Assembly: GCA_026395055.1 (NCBI GenBank)
Contig: JAPLZK010000002.1
Span: 192,154 to 256,153, forward strand
Direction: 5' to 3'
Length of the DNA: 64,000 nt
From: Candidatus Uhrbacteria bacterium
GTDB lineage: Bacteria; Patescibacteriota; Patescibacteriia; UBA9934; GWF2-40-263
The position numbers were made by a program, and so were the translations under genes. The notes under the pieces are model-generated. The model was not told where the DNA came from. It worked only from the letters and a program-made list of their open reading frames with translations, and searched no databases. Positions 16,663-25,495 of the stretch are shown here, one piece after another (the first letter of the stretch is position 1; each line of letters begins with the position of its first letter).

Positions 16663-16702
16663 CTCTTCACCGATCACTTCCCATTGGGAATGATCGGTTT
16701 TT
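16663..16702 (+). terminator. Rho-independent terminator (long hairpin)
   Basis: ccgatca-cttcccattgggaa-tgatcgg followed by ttttttg. Confidence 0.7.
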
Positions 16703-16774
16703 TGTTTGTGTTTATTATTTGTGCAGGAGGGTCTCGACCCTCCCCTACGATCTCTGCTATAATTCCTCCAGCTT

Positions 16775-17548
16775 ATGGCACATATTATTTCGGTCGTAAA
16801 TCAAAAGGGGGGAGTGGGAAAGACAACAACCACTCTGAACCTTGCTGCGTATCTTGCGGAAGCGGGGAAGTTTGTTTTACTCGTAGATCTTGATCCGCAG
16901 GCAAACGCAACGTCCGGAGCAGGTATTGATCATCGCGCGTTGAATGCGGGAGTGTATGAAGCACTTGTTGGATCACATTCTGTAAAGTCTTTGATTCTTC
17001 CAACAGCTCATGAGGGGCTCAAAGTTCTTCCTGCAACAGAGGCACTCGCCGGTGCATCGGTCGAGCTTGTAAATGTGGAAGAGCGTGAACATTATTTGCG
17101 CAAAGCGCTGCTCTCCGTTCGTAATGATTACGATTACATCTTGATCGACAATCCACCATCTCTTGGAATGCTTACATTGAATGGACTTGTTGCATCCGAT
17201 TCGATTCTTATTCCAGTTCAAGCTGAATTCTACGCACTCGAAGGTCTGCGAGATTTGATGAACACGGTGAACTTGGTTCGTGCAAACCTCAAACCAAATT
17301 TGGAAATCATGGGGGCGGTCATTACCATGTACGACTCTCGCACAAAACTTTCAAAAGAAGTTTTGCAAGAATTATATCGTCACTTTCCCGATAAGATTTT
17401 TCGTTCCGTTATTCCGCGAAGCATTCGTCTTGCGGAAGCACCGTCTTTTGGAAAAACGATTCTCGGATATGATCCGCTTAGTAAAGCGGCAAAGTCGTAC
17501 GAACGACTCGCTCATGAATTTATCTTACGTGCCGAAGGCGCTCTTTAA
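16775..17548 (+). CDS. parA: Chromosome partitioning ATPase ParA/Soj
   Basis: Deviant Walker A KGGVGKTTTT plus Walker A' and B; 257 aa. Confidence 0.9.
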   Translation: MAHIISVVNQKGGVGKTTTTLNLAAYLAEAGKFVLLVDLDPQANATSGAGIDHRALNAGVYEALVGSHSVKSLILPTAHEGLKVLPATEALAGASVELVNVEEREHYLRKALLSVRNDYDYILIDNPPSLGMLTLNGLVASDSILIPVQAEFYALEGLRDLMNTVNLVRANLKPNLEIMGAVITMYDSRTKLSKEVLQELYRHFPDKIFRSVIPRSIRLAEAPSFGKTILGYDPLSKAAKSYERLAHEFILRAEGAL

Positions 17549-17557
17549 CCGTCCGTT

Positions 17558-18418
17558 ATGAATCATCCATCTGCTCTTGGAAAAGGACTCGGGTCTTTGA
17601 TCCCACAAAAACAATCCTTAACAGAACGCATTATTCCGTCCGCACGGAAAGAGATTTTAGAGATCCCGCCGAATGATATTAAGGCGAATCCACGTCAGCC
17701 CAGATCACATTTTTCCCAAAGCGAACTCGAAGACTTGATCGCCAGCATCAAAGAACACGGAATCATGCAGCCGCTCGTTGTTACGCGATCGAACGGCGAA
17801 TACGAATTGATTGCCGGTGAACGCCGGCTCCGATCGGCAAGAGCTCTTGGACTCGAGACGGTGCCGGTGATTGTTCGAGAAGCAAACGAGCAACAGAAGC
17901 TCGAACTCGCTCTCATCGAAAACATTCAGCGCCAAGATTTGAATGCGGTGGAAGAAGCGATTGCCTACAAGGCACTCATCGATGAATTTAATTTGAAGCA
18001 AGATGAAGTCGCGCTCAGAGTCGGAAAATCCAGATCGAACGTGGCAAACATTATTCGTCTCCTCGATCTCCCGTCCGATATTCTCGACGCACTCAAAGAA
18101 GGACGTATCTCGAAGTCTCACGCGCGCACATTGCTCGCGGAGACGGACTCAAAGAAACAACATGACCTCTTCGAGCAAATGTTGAATGGGGGAGTGACGG
18201 TGAGACAAACAGAAGCGCGCGTCACAGGAATTACCACGAAGCGTTCTGTGTCTATTGGAAAAGATCCGAATATTGCCGCGCATGAAAAGAAGCTCCGCGA
18301 GATTCTTGGAACCAAAGTTGATATCACGGAGTCGAATGGAAAAGGAAAGATTGAAATTACCTTTTACTCAAGACCGGAACTCATGGACTTACTCGAATTA
18401 TTATCCGAAAAAAAATAG
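17558..18418 (+). CDS. parB: Chromosome partitioning protein ParB/Spo0J
   Basis: ParB box GERRLRSARALG and HTH region; 286 aa directly after parA. Confidence 0.9.
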   Translation: MNHPSALGKGLGSLIPQKQSLTERIIPSARKEILEIPPNDIKANPRQPRSHFSQSELEDLIASIKEHGIMQPLVVTRSNGEYELIAGERRLRSARALGLETVPVIVREANEQQKLELALIENIQRQDLNAVEEAIAYKALIDEFNLKQDEVALRVGKSRSNVANIIRLLDLPSDILDALKEGRISKSHARTLLAETDSKKQHDLFEQMLNGGVTVRQTEARVTGITTKRSVSIGKDPNIAAHEKKLREILGTKVDITESNGKGKIEITFYSRPELMDLLELLSEKK

Positions 18419-18436
18419 CCCTTGGGCTATTTTTTC
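18408..18436. terminator. Bidirectional terminator shared by parB (+) and rel (-)
   Basis: aaaaaaaat-agccc-ttg-ggcta-ttttttc. The rel stop codon lies inside the stem. Confidence 0.6.
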
Positions 18437-19947
18437 TTTTTCGATTCTTTGTCTTTTGGTTTCAACATTCCGCTCAACCAAACGCGTACTCCCGAGTTTG
18501 TGGCGTCTCGGATCTTGCTCTTTGCATGACGCGTCTTCACAAACTTGAGCCAGTCCGGATTTGGGCCTTTGCGATTTTTGTCCGTGATGATATCCACGAT
18601 ATCGCCGGAGTGTAAGGTGATGTCTAGGTTGCGCACAACGTCATTCACTTTTGCCGAGGTGCATTTGTTTCCAATCTGCGAGTGAATGGCATAAGCAAAA
18701 TCGATAGGCGTTGCTCCTTCTGGTAAATCGATCACGTCGCCCTTTGGAGTAAACACGAAGATGCGATCTTTAAACACATCGATCTTCATGATCTCGAGTT
18801 GCTCCATGAAATCTTTCTTGCTCTCCAATTCTTTTTGAATGATCATGAGTTCTTCCATCCAGCGCATGTTTTGAACGTCACGAGAACCGTCTTCTTTGTA
18901 TCTCCAGTGAGCCGCGACTCCATATTCGGAGAGTTCGTGCATTTCGCGCGTTCGGATCTGGAACTCGACGATGGTTTTATCATCCGCAAAGATGGTGGTG
19001 TGGAGCGATTGATAACCGTTTGGTTTTGGTTGGGCGATGTAATCTTTAATGCGCCCCGGAAGCGGACGCCAACGTTGGTGGATCATGCCGAGCACGGCGT
19101 AACATTCTTCTACACTTGAAACAATTACACGAATGGCGATCAGGTCGTAAATTTTTTCAATGTCATCGCCATAGCGCAACATTTTTTTATACAAGCTGTA
19201 TAAACGTTTGACGCGACCATACACTTGAAAGTTCAGAATGCGACTTTGCGCGATCAACTTTTCCGTTTGGTCAATAATACGACTCACCTGTGCTCCGCGC
19301 TCACGAACTTTCACGTCCATGATTTCTTTGACGCGTTCGAATTCTTTTGGAAGGATGTACGCGAACGCACCGTCTTCAAGTTCTCCTTTGATCTCACTCA
19401 TGCCGAGACGTCCCGCGATTGGGGCATAAATTTCGAGTGATTCGCGTGCGATGCGGAGTTGTTTATGCTTTGGTTGTCCGTAGAGCGTTTGAAGATTGTG
19501 TAGTCGATCCGCAAATTTCATGAAGACCACACGAACGTCTGAGGCCATCGCAAGAAACATTTTGCGCATGTTCTCTGCGTAGCGTTCTTCTCCGCGGTAA
19601 TTCACCGCGTGTTTGAGCTTGGTGACGCTTTCTACAAGGGTGGTGATGTCATCGCCAAATTCTGTGCGCATTTCTTCTGAGGTGATACTGGAGTCTTCTA
19701 AGACATCATGAAGCAAGCCGGCAGCGACCACATTTAAGTGCAAACCCATTTCTGCGAGTCGGTAGGCGACCGCGAGTGGATGTGAAATGTAGGGCTGGCC
19801 AGTGAGGCGAACGACCTTTGCATGCGCTTCATTTGCGCGATCAAATGCTTTACGCAACAGGGCGAGATCCGGATTTTGATAATGAGTTTTGACGAGGGTT
19901 TCAAGATCCTCGTACGTGCGTACAGTATCCATAGAGTGCCTTTCCAA
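18427..19947 (-). CDS. rel: Bifunctional (p)ppGpp synthetase/hydrolase, RelA/SpoT family (short form, 506 aa)
   Basis: HD hydrolase motif (HPLAVAYRLAEMGL...LLHDVLEDS), synthetase domain (YIAQPKPNGYQSLHTTI) and TGS domain. Confidence 0.9.
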   Translation of the reverse strand: MERHSMDTVRTYEDLETLVKTHYQNPDLALLRKAFDRANEAHAKVVRLTGQPYISHPLAVAYRLAEMGLHLNVVAAGLLHDVLEDSSITSEEMRTEFGDDITTLVESVTKLKHAVNYRGEERYAENMRKMFLAMASDVRVVFMKFADRLHNLQTLYGQPKHKQLRIARESLEIYAPIAGRLGMSEIKGELEDGAFAYILPKEFERVKEIMDVKVRERGAQVSRIIDQTEKLIAQSRILNFQVYGRVKRLYSLYKKMLRYGDDIEKIYDLIAIRVIVSSVEECYAVLGMIHQRWRPLPGRIKDYIAQPKPNGYQSLHTTIFADDKTIVEFQIRTREMHELSEYGVAAHWRYKEDGSRDVQNMRWMEELMIIQKELESKKDFMEQLEIMKIDVFKDRIFVFTPKGDVIDLPEGATPIDFAYAIHSQIGNKCTSAKVNDVVRNLDITLHSGDIVDIITDKNRKGPNPDWLKFVKTRHAKSKIRDATNSGVRVWLSGMLKPKDKESKKKK

Positions 19948-19982
19948 GATACCCCGTGAATGTATTCATGTAAAGATTTTTT

Positions 19983-21185
19983 TTGGACAAAAGGGATTCT
20001 CTGTGCCAAAATAAAGGAACATTTTACGTATCAACTATGTCCGAACCATTTGATGACGAAAGACCACGTTATGAACGGGGAAAAAAAGCTCCAGACGTTG
20101 TTGTGGTTGAACGAGATATCACTCCTGATGATGAATTAGAAGACGATTTAGATGTGGAAGATGAATACACCTTAGAAAAAAAAGCCGAGATCCTGCGTAA
20201 TGATGAAGAGGCAAGAAGACTTCGTCGTCATGCGGAAATGATCGAAGAAGATCGAGATGCATCGGATGCGCTCCGAGAAGAAATGGATACCCTGTACCCA
20301 TCCGTCCCCCCAGAAGTAGATCAAGGGATCGGTGGGCCCGTTGAGCGTAATACTTGGTGGGCCGCACGAACGTTTGGTGCCATGCGAACAGAAGCGGGAA
20401 TCGTTTCTATTCCAAAATGGTTGGGATACAAAGGAAGCAGCATCTTAACAAGCATAGAAACGTGGGGAAAAGATGCAATGAAAAAAAATTCTCCCTGGAT
20501 CGGAAAGGTTCCTGTTGTTGGGACCTGGCTTTTAAGCGATGTAAAAAAGTCTTGGGAAGAGCGTGACAAAGAAGACAAGAAAAAGAAAGAGGGAGACGAA
20601 AAGAAAAATAAGGGTGATAAAGAAAAAGCAAAGAAGGCGGATGAGAAGAAGAAGAAAGATTCTGAAGCGGCATTGAAAAAGTCTCAAGATGTGGCAGGAA
20701 AAAAAACGCAGGCGCAAGATAAGATTGATGACGGGGTGCGTCAGCGTCATGAATTAGAACTCTCAAACTTCATCATGTCGCCAAAAGAGAAATATGATTT
20801 TCTGAATGGAGATGATGATACAAAAAAAGCGATCTTAGAAAAAGCAGAAGCAGAATATCCCGCCTATCAAGAAAGACAAAAAGAACGTGTACGAGAGGAG
20901 ATGCTTACATATTACATGAGCGTTGAAGAGAAGGATTTCATGAGTAAGCCCGTTGCGTACGATGGGGATTTAAAAACACTTCCGGATGACGAACGGGAGG
21001 TGGTTTTAAAGGAGTTGGCTAAATGGAGAGCAGATCGAGTGGCACTTTTGAATGATGTGGAAAACCAAACACATCTTCCGTGGCGTCAGCAGCTTGCAGA
21101 GGAAAGAAGAACATTTCAAAAACCAAAGGCGCCAGGAGGTGGAGGAAAAGGAAAGGGAAAAGGAAAGGGGGGTGGTCGGTCGTAA
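19983..21185 (+). CDS. Hypothetical highly charged (Lys/Glu-rich) protein with C-terminal Gly-Lys repeat tail
   Basis: 400 aa with KKKKEGDEKKNKGDKEKAKKADEKKKK and C-terminus PKAPGGGGKGKGKGKGGGRS. Start ambiguous (ATG at 19983 or 20036). Confidence 0.5.
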   Translation: MDKRDSLCQNKGTFYVSTMSEPFDDERPRYERGKKAPDVVVVERDITPDDELEDDLDVEDEYTLEKKAEILRNDEEARRLRRHAEMIEEDRDASDALREEMDTLYPSVPPEVDQGIGGPVERNTWWAARTFGAMRTEAGIVSIPKWLGYKGSSILTSIETWGKDAMKKNSPWIGKVPVVGTWLLSDVKKSWEERDKEDKKKKEGDEKKNKGDKEKAKKADEKKKKDSEAALKKSQDVAGKKTQAQDKIDDGVRQRHELELSNFIMSPKEKYDFLNGDDDTKKAILEKAEAEYPAYQERQKERVREEMLTYYMSVEEKDFMSKPVAYDGDLKTLPDDEREVVLKELAKWRADRVALLNDVENQTHLPWRQQLAEERRTFQKPKAPGGGGKGKGKGKGGGRS

Positions 21186-21222
21186 ACAAAAACTCAGGCT
21201 ATTCAGCCTGAGTTTTTTTTGG
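21186..21222. terminator. Bidirectional terminator between the convergent hypothetical gene and topA
   Basis: aaaaactcaggct-attc-agcctgagtttttttt. Confidence 0.75.
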
Positions 21223-23508
21223 CGCGCGTTTGCCAAACTTTTTGACAGGTGCGGCGCGTTTCTTTATGAGAATGTCTACTGCCTCATCGTGCGTAAGTGT
21301 GAGTGGATCTACAAGCTTCCCAAGAGAAGCGTTTGTTTTTCCGTCTGTCACATACGCGCCGAATCTTCCGGTGCGGACGATGATGGGGGTTTTTGTTGTT
21401 GGGTCTTCTCCCAGTTCTGCGAGCGGACGTGCGGAGATTTCTTTGAGAGCAATCAATTCTTCTGCTTGATCGAACGTAATTGACAAAGGATCAAAAGGTT
21501 CTTTCAACGAAGCATACAATTTTCCATCTGTCACGTAGGGGCCAAATCGTCCGACAGCCGCTTTGAGGGTTTTACCTTCTTTGTTCACACCGAGTGTTCT
21601 TGGAAGTTCAAGACACTTGAGTGCTTCTTCAAGCGTAAGCGACTCAATGTTCATCCCCTTTAGAATCGAGGCGCTCTTTGGCTTGTTCACTTTCGCCTTT
21701 TGATCTTCCTTGCTCCAAGGACCGATCTGAACGAACGCGCCGTAGCGGCCGGTCTTTGCAATAATGTCCTGTCCAGAGACAGGATCCTTTCCGAGGATGC
21801 GGTCTGGCATCACGTCATCGCGCGTGAGGGTTTTGTTTTTATCGACAAGGTTTTGATGGAACGGTTTGTAGAATTGCGCGAGCATTGGACCGAATTCCAG
21901 TTTGCCATCCGCAACGTCGTCGAGTTCTCCTTCAAGTTTTGCTGTGAAGGTGTAGTCGACGATTTGCGGGAAGTGCGCGACGAGAAGATCGGATACGATC
22001 ATGGCAATGTCCGTCGGCGCAAGTTTTTTGTTGTCATCTCTTTCGACATAGCCGCGATCGATAATCGTGCTGATCGTCGGTGCGTATGTGGATGGTCGAC
22101 CGATTCCGTATTCTTCGAGAACCTTAACGAGTGTCGCGTCAGAATATCGTGCTGGTGGCTCGGTAAAGTGCTGGATTGGTTCGATGGATTTCGATGCGAC
22201 CGTGTCACCCTGTTTCACATCCGGTAGAAACTTTTCTTTTGTCGCCTGATAGATTTTGGTGTATCCGTCAAAAACGATGCTTGATCCGTTCGCACGGAAA
22301 ATATGCTTCTCAACATCCATATCCACACGCACTTGGTTTACACGTGCGTTCGGCATCTGAGAGGCAATCGTGCGTCGCCAGATGAGATCGTAGAGTTTCC
22401 AGAGGCGTGGTTCGAGGTCTGCTCGAATAGATTCTGGAGTTGTTGCTGGGTCTGTTGGACGAATCGCTTCGTGAGCTTCCTGTGCGCCTTTCTTGTTTGT
22501 TTTATATTTTTTGGATCCAGTTGCGTATTCCTTTCCAAATTCTGATGCGAGGAATAGTTGTGTTTCATCCAGAAATTTATCTGCCAAGTTTACGGAGTCT
22601 GTACGCATGTAGGTAATGCGACCCGTTTCATAGAGTTGCTGCGCGAGCGTCATCGTTTGCTTTGCGCTCATGCCGAGTTTGTTGTTGGCATCAATCTGTA
22701 AGCTTGAAGTGGTAAACGGTTGTGGTGGTGCTTTTGAAACTTCTTTCTTTACAACGTCTACAACCGTGAGTGGTTTGCCTGTGACAGCGTCTACGATTGC
22801 GCGTGCTTGTTTCTCGTTTCTGATTTCGAGTTTGTCACCTGCATCCTCTGAACCTCCGACGGCAATCTTTTGTCCGTTCACTTCGACGAGCTTTGCAGGA
22901 AAATCCATTCCGAGTTTTTCACACACTGCCTCGATCGACCAATACTCTTCGATCTTAAACGCCATGCGTTCGCGTTCGCGCTCTACAACAAGGCGCATCG
23001 CGACGGATTGCACACGACCTGCGGAGAGTCCTCGACGAACTTTGTTCCAAAGAAATGGAGAGAGTTCGTAACCAACCAAACGGTCGAGGATACGGCGAGC
23101 TTGCTGTGCGTCTACGAGGTTCTGGTCGATTGAGCGTGGATTCTCGAGAGCTTTCTCAATGGCAGTCTTTGTAATTTCGTGAAAGGTAATGCGCTTTGCT
23201 TTTGCTGGATCAATCCCGAGAACCTCGGCGACGTGCCAAGAAATCGCTTCTCCTTCTCTATCTTCATCGGACGCGAAGAGGACTTCACTTGCGTCTTTTG
23301 CCGCCTTCTTTAATTCCGTTACATGCGGTTTGCTGTTTGGGGGGACGATGTAGGTTGGCTTGAAATTGTTTTCAACATCAACACCAATTTCTTTTGTCGG
23401 CAAATCACGAACATGACCAAACGAAGAAAGAACGCGATACTCGCGCCCTAAAAATTTGGTGATCGTTTTTGCTTTCGTTGGAGACTCAACAATGATGAGT
23501 TTGTGCAT
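21199..23508 (-). CDS. topA: DNA topoisomerase I
   Basis: TOPRIM MHKLIIVESPTKAKTI, active-site Tyr region, 769 aa, C-terminal basic repeats. Confidence 0.95.
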   Translation of the reverse strand: MHKLIIVESPTKAKTITKFLGREYRVLSSFGHVRDLPTKEIGVDVENNFKPTYIVPPNSKPHVTELKKAAKDASEVLFASDEDREGEAISWHVAEVLGIDPAKAKRITFHEITKTAIEKALENPRSIDQNLVDAQQARRILDRLVGYELSPFLWNKVRRGLSAGRVQSVAMRLVVERERERMAFKIEEYWSIEAVCEKLGMDFPAKLVEVNGQKIAVGGSEDAGDKLEIRNEKQARAIVDAVTGKPLTVVDVVKKEVSKAPPQPFTTSSLQIDANNKLGMSAKQTMTLAQQLYETGRITYMRTDSVNLADKFLDETQLFLASEFGKEYATGSKKYKTNKKGAQEAHEAIRPTDPATTPESIRADLEPRLWKLYDLIWRRTIASQMPNARVNQVRVDMDVEKHIFRANGSSIVFDGYTKIYQATKEKFLPDVKQGDTVASKSIEPIQHFTEPPARYSDATLVKVLEEYGIGRPSTYAPTISTIIDRGYVERDDNKKLAPTDIAMIVSDLLVAHFPQIVDYTFTAKLEGELDDVADGKLEFGPMLAQFYKPFHQNLVDKNKTLTRDDVMPDRILGKDPVSGQDIIAKTGRYGAFVQIGPWSKEDQKAKVNKPKSASILKGMNIESLTLEEALKCLELPRTLGVNKEGKTLKAAVGRFGPYVTDGKLYASLKEPFDPLSITFDQAEELIALKEISARPLAELGEDPTTKTPIIVRTGRFGAYVTDGKTNASLGKLVDPLTLTHDEAVDILIKKRAAPVKKFGKRAPKKTQAE

Positions 23509-23512
23509 GCAT

Positions 23513-23598
23513 TTTTGTCATTGCGAGGAGTTCGACGACGAAGCAATCTTTAGACATATCCTGTTTAGAAAAGATTGCTTCGCTTCCCTCGCAATGAC
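23513..23598. other. 86-bp bipartite imperfect hairpin in the topA-dprA intergenic region
   Basis: cattgcgagg...gaagcaatcttt-(19-nt loop)-aaagattgcttc...cctcgcaatg: a ~10-bp stem plus a 12-bp stem. Confidence 0.6.
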
Positions 23599-23657
23599 AA
23601 TTAGTATTCAATAATGAATTGAAAATACGTGAATCGAACCGTTTCGTCAACTTGTCG

Positions 23658-24812
23658 CTATTTTTGCCGCGTATAATAACGTCCGCCTTCGTGTTTGATA
23701 ATTCCTTTCATCTCAAGCAACGTGAGTGTGCTTCCAAGCGTGTCGATGGGAAGGAGTGTTGCGTGCGCAACTTCGTCTACGTGCACTGGGTCACGTGCGA
23801 GTTGTTCAAGAATGAGACGTTCCGTTTCAGAACGAGGTTGGTATGCAAACACAACCCCTCCCAACCTCCCCTTTGCAGGGGAGGAGTTTGTGCGTGCTTC
23901 TCGAGAAGCCCCTCCTGCAAAGGAGGGGTTGGGGGAGGTTTCGGGCCCAAGCATATCTTCCGTACACGTAACAGGAATCGCGCCCATCTTAATGAGATTA
24001 TTCGGCCCCTCACTCATTTCAGAGTCAATGTCGCCCGGTATTGCGTAAACGTCTCGGCCTCCTTCTAGTGCAGCGCGTGCGGTGATGAGTGAACCAGATT
24101 TTTGTGCGGCCTCGATGACAAGTGTTCCGTGCGCGAGTCCGGCAATGATTCTGTTTCTGAGAGGGAAGTGAAATGGCATAGGGAGAGTGCCCACCGGAAA
24201 TTCTGAAACAATGGCTCCACCATGCGCAAGAATTTGTGAAGCAATGTGCCTGTTGCCTGCAGGATAAATGGATGCAGTATCTACCCCTGAACCCAAAACG
24301 GCAATCGTAGTTCCGCCGTGCGTGAGCGTTGATTCATGCGCGAGCGCATCAATGCCGTACGCAAGTCCGCTCACAATGACGACACCAGATTCTGCAAGAG
24401 ATCCAACAATGCGTCCACCAACACGTAATCCGTATTTACTTGGGTTACGCGTTCCGACAACAGAGATGTGTTTACGAGATGGATCTGGAAGTGTTCCACG
24501 AAAAAACAGAATGGGTGGGGGATCGTAAATTTTTGAAAGGAGTGGGGGGTATTCTGGATCGCGACGCGTAACAGCGGATACATCCGCTTCAAGAAGTTTT
24601 TCTAGTTCTTGGTCTGGACTGATGTGTAAACGCGTTTGTAAAAAATGATTCGCAAGGTTTGCATCAAAGCCGGCTTCCAGTAAATCCATGACCGATGCCG
24701 AAAACGCGCGTTCCATGTTTGGAAACGCGCGGTATAATTTTCCGATACGTGCAGATCCAAAGTTTGGAACGCGCGCAAGAGCTAACCAATATTTTAAATC
24801 TGCTTGTGGCAT
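23658..24812 (-). CDS. dprA: DNA processing protein DprA/Smf (contains an in-frame ~30-aa insertion in the linker)
   Basis: Rossmann-like DprA core (GTRNPSKYG...VSGLAYGIDA...GSGVD) and C-terminal winged-helix-like tail. The linker TSPNPSFAGGASREARTNSSPAKGRLGG is encoded by the palindromic element at 23853-23940. Confidence 0.85.
   Translation of the reverse strand: MPQADLKYWLALARVPNFGSARIGKLYRAFPNMERAFSASVMDLLEAGFDANLANHFLQTRLHISPDQELEKLLEADVSAVTRRDPEYPPLLSKIYDPPPILFFRGTLPDPSRKHISVVGTRNPSKYGLRVGGRIVGSLAESGVVIVSGLAYGIDALAHESTLTHGGTTIAVLGSGVDTASIYPAGNRHIASQILAHGGAIVSEFPVGTLPMPFHFPLRNRIIAGLAHGTLVIEAAQKSGSLITARAALEGGRDVYAIPGDIDSEMSEGPNNLIKMGAIPVTCTEDMLGPETSPNPSFAGGASREARTNSSPAKGRLGGVVFAYQPRSETERLILEQLARDPVHVDEVAHATLLPIDTLGSTLTLLEMKGIIKHEGGRYYTRQK
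23853..23940. repeat. GC-rich palindromic element: two 32-nt inverted arms around a spacer carrying CTTCTCGAGAAG
   Basis: Arm consensus CCCCTCC-TGCAAAGG-AGGGG-TTGG-GGGAGG-TT. Each arm can form its own CCCC/GGGG hairpin. Lies in-frame inside dprA. Confidence 0.8.
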
Positions 24813-24817
24813 GCGTG

Positions 24818-25360
24818 TTAGGACAATGGGTTTGGGGTGGATGTTATTTTTTCGTGAACTTTGACAATTGTTTGGCTTATCATTTCTGGTAATTTCTTCG
24901 CTTCTTCACTTGTCCATTTTTGTAAGACGAACACATCAAGCGGAACATCTGCGTGCGCAGGGCGACCGATTCCAATACGAATGCGTGCGATGGCCGTTCC
25001 TTTTGGAAATGCATCAATGATGGATTGCATGCCGTTGTGTCCGGCTGAAGATCCGCCTTGTTTAAATTTCACATCTCCAAATGGAATGTCTGCGTCATCA
25101 TAAATCACCAAAATATCTGAAGCGTTGCATTTGTGTTTTGCAAGAAATGCTTTGACGGATCTTCCGCTTACATTCATGAACGTTTGTGGTTTCATGAGTG
25201 CGATGTTATCCATCTCTGCAACCTCTGCTTCAAAGGAGGTTTTATTTTTAAACGTCGCGTTTAATTGACGTGCGAGTTCGTCGACAACCAAAAACCCCAC
25301 GTTGTGGCGCGTCTGTTCATATTTCTTTCCAGGATTTCCAAGACCAACAATGAGATGCAT
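24818..25360 (-). CDS. pth: Peptidyl-tRNA hydrolase
   Basis: MHLIVGLGNPGKKYEQTRHNVGF is the canonical Pth N-terminus; 180 aa. Confidence 0.9.
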   Translation of the reverse strand: MHLIVGLGNPGKKYEQTRHNVGFLVVDELARQLNATFKNKTSFEAEVAEMDNIALMKPQTFMNVSGRSVKAFLAKHKCNASDILVIYDDADIPFGDVKFKQGGSSAGHNGMQSIIDAFPKGTAIARIRIGIGRPAHADVPLDVFVLQKWTSEEAKKLPEMISQTIVKVHEKITSTPNPLS

Positions 25361-25495
25361 ATGGGAGGATTATGCCACAGAAGGTCGAAGGATTCAAAAA
25401 TCCAGTGCGTTTGCACTGGATTTTGAAGATCCTTCCTCCTCGATGACTCGTTGTCAGGATAACGTGGCGGAGAGAAAAAATTGTTGATTGCCACG

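Noticed and set aside
15100-16700. Possible integrated mobile element next to the tRNA cluster (tRNAs are common integration sites)
   Set aside because: No integrase, recombinase, transposase or attL/attR-like duplicated tRNA 3' segment was found. The flanking genes are housekeeping (parAB, rel).
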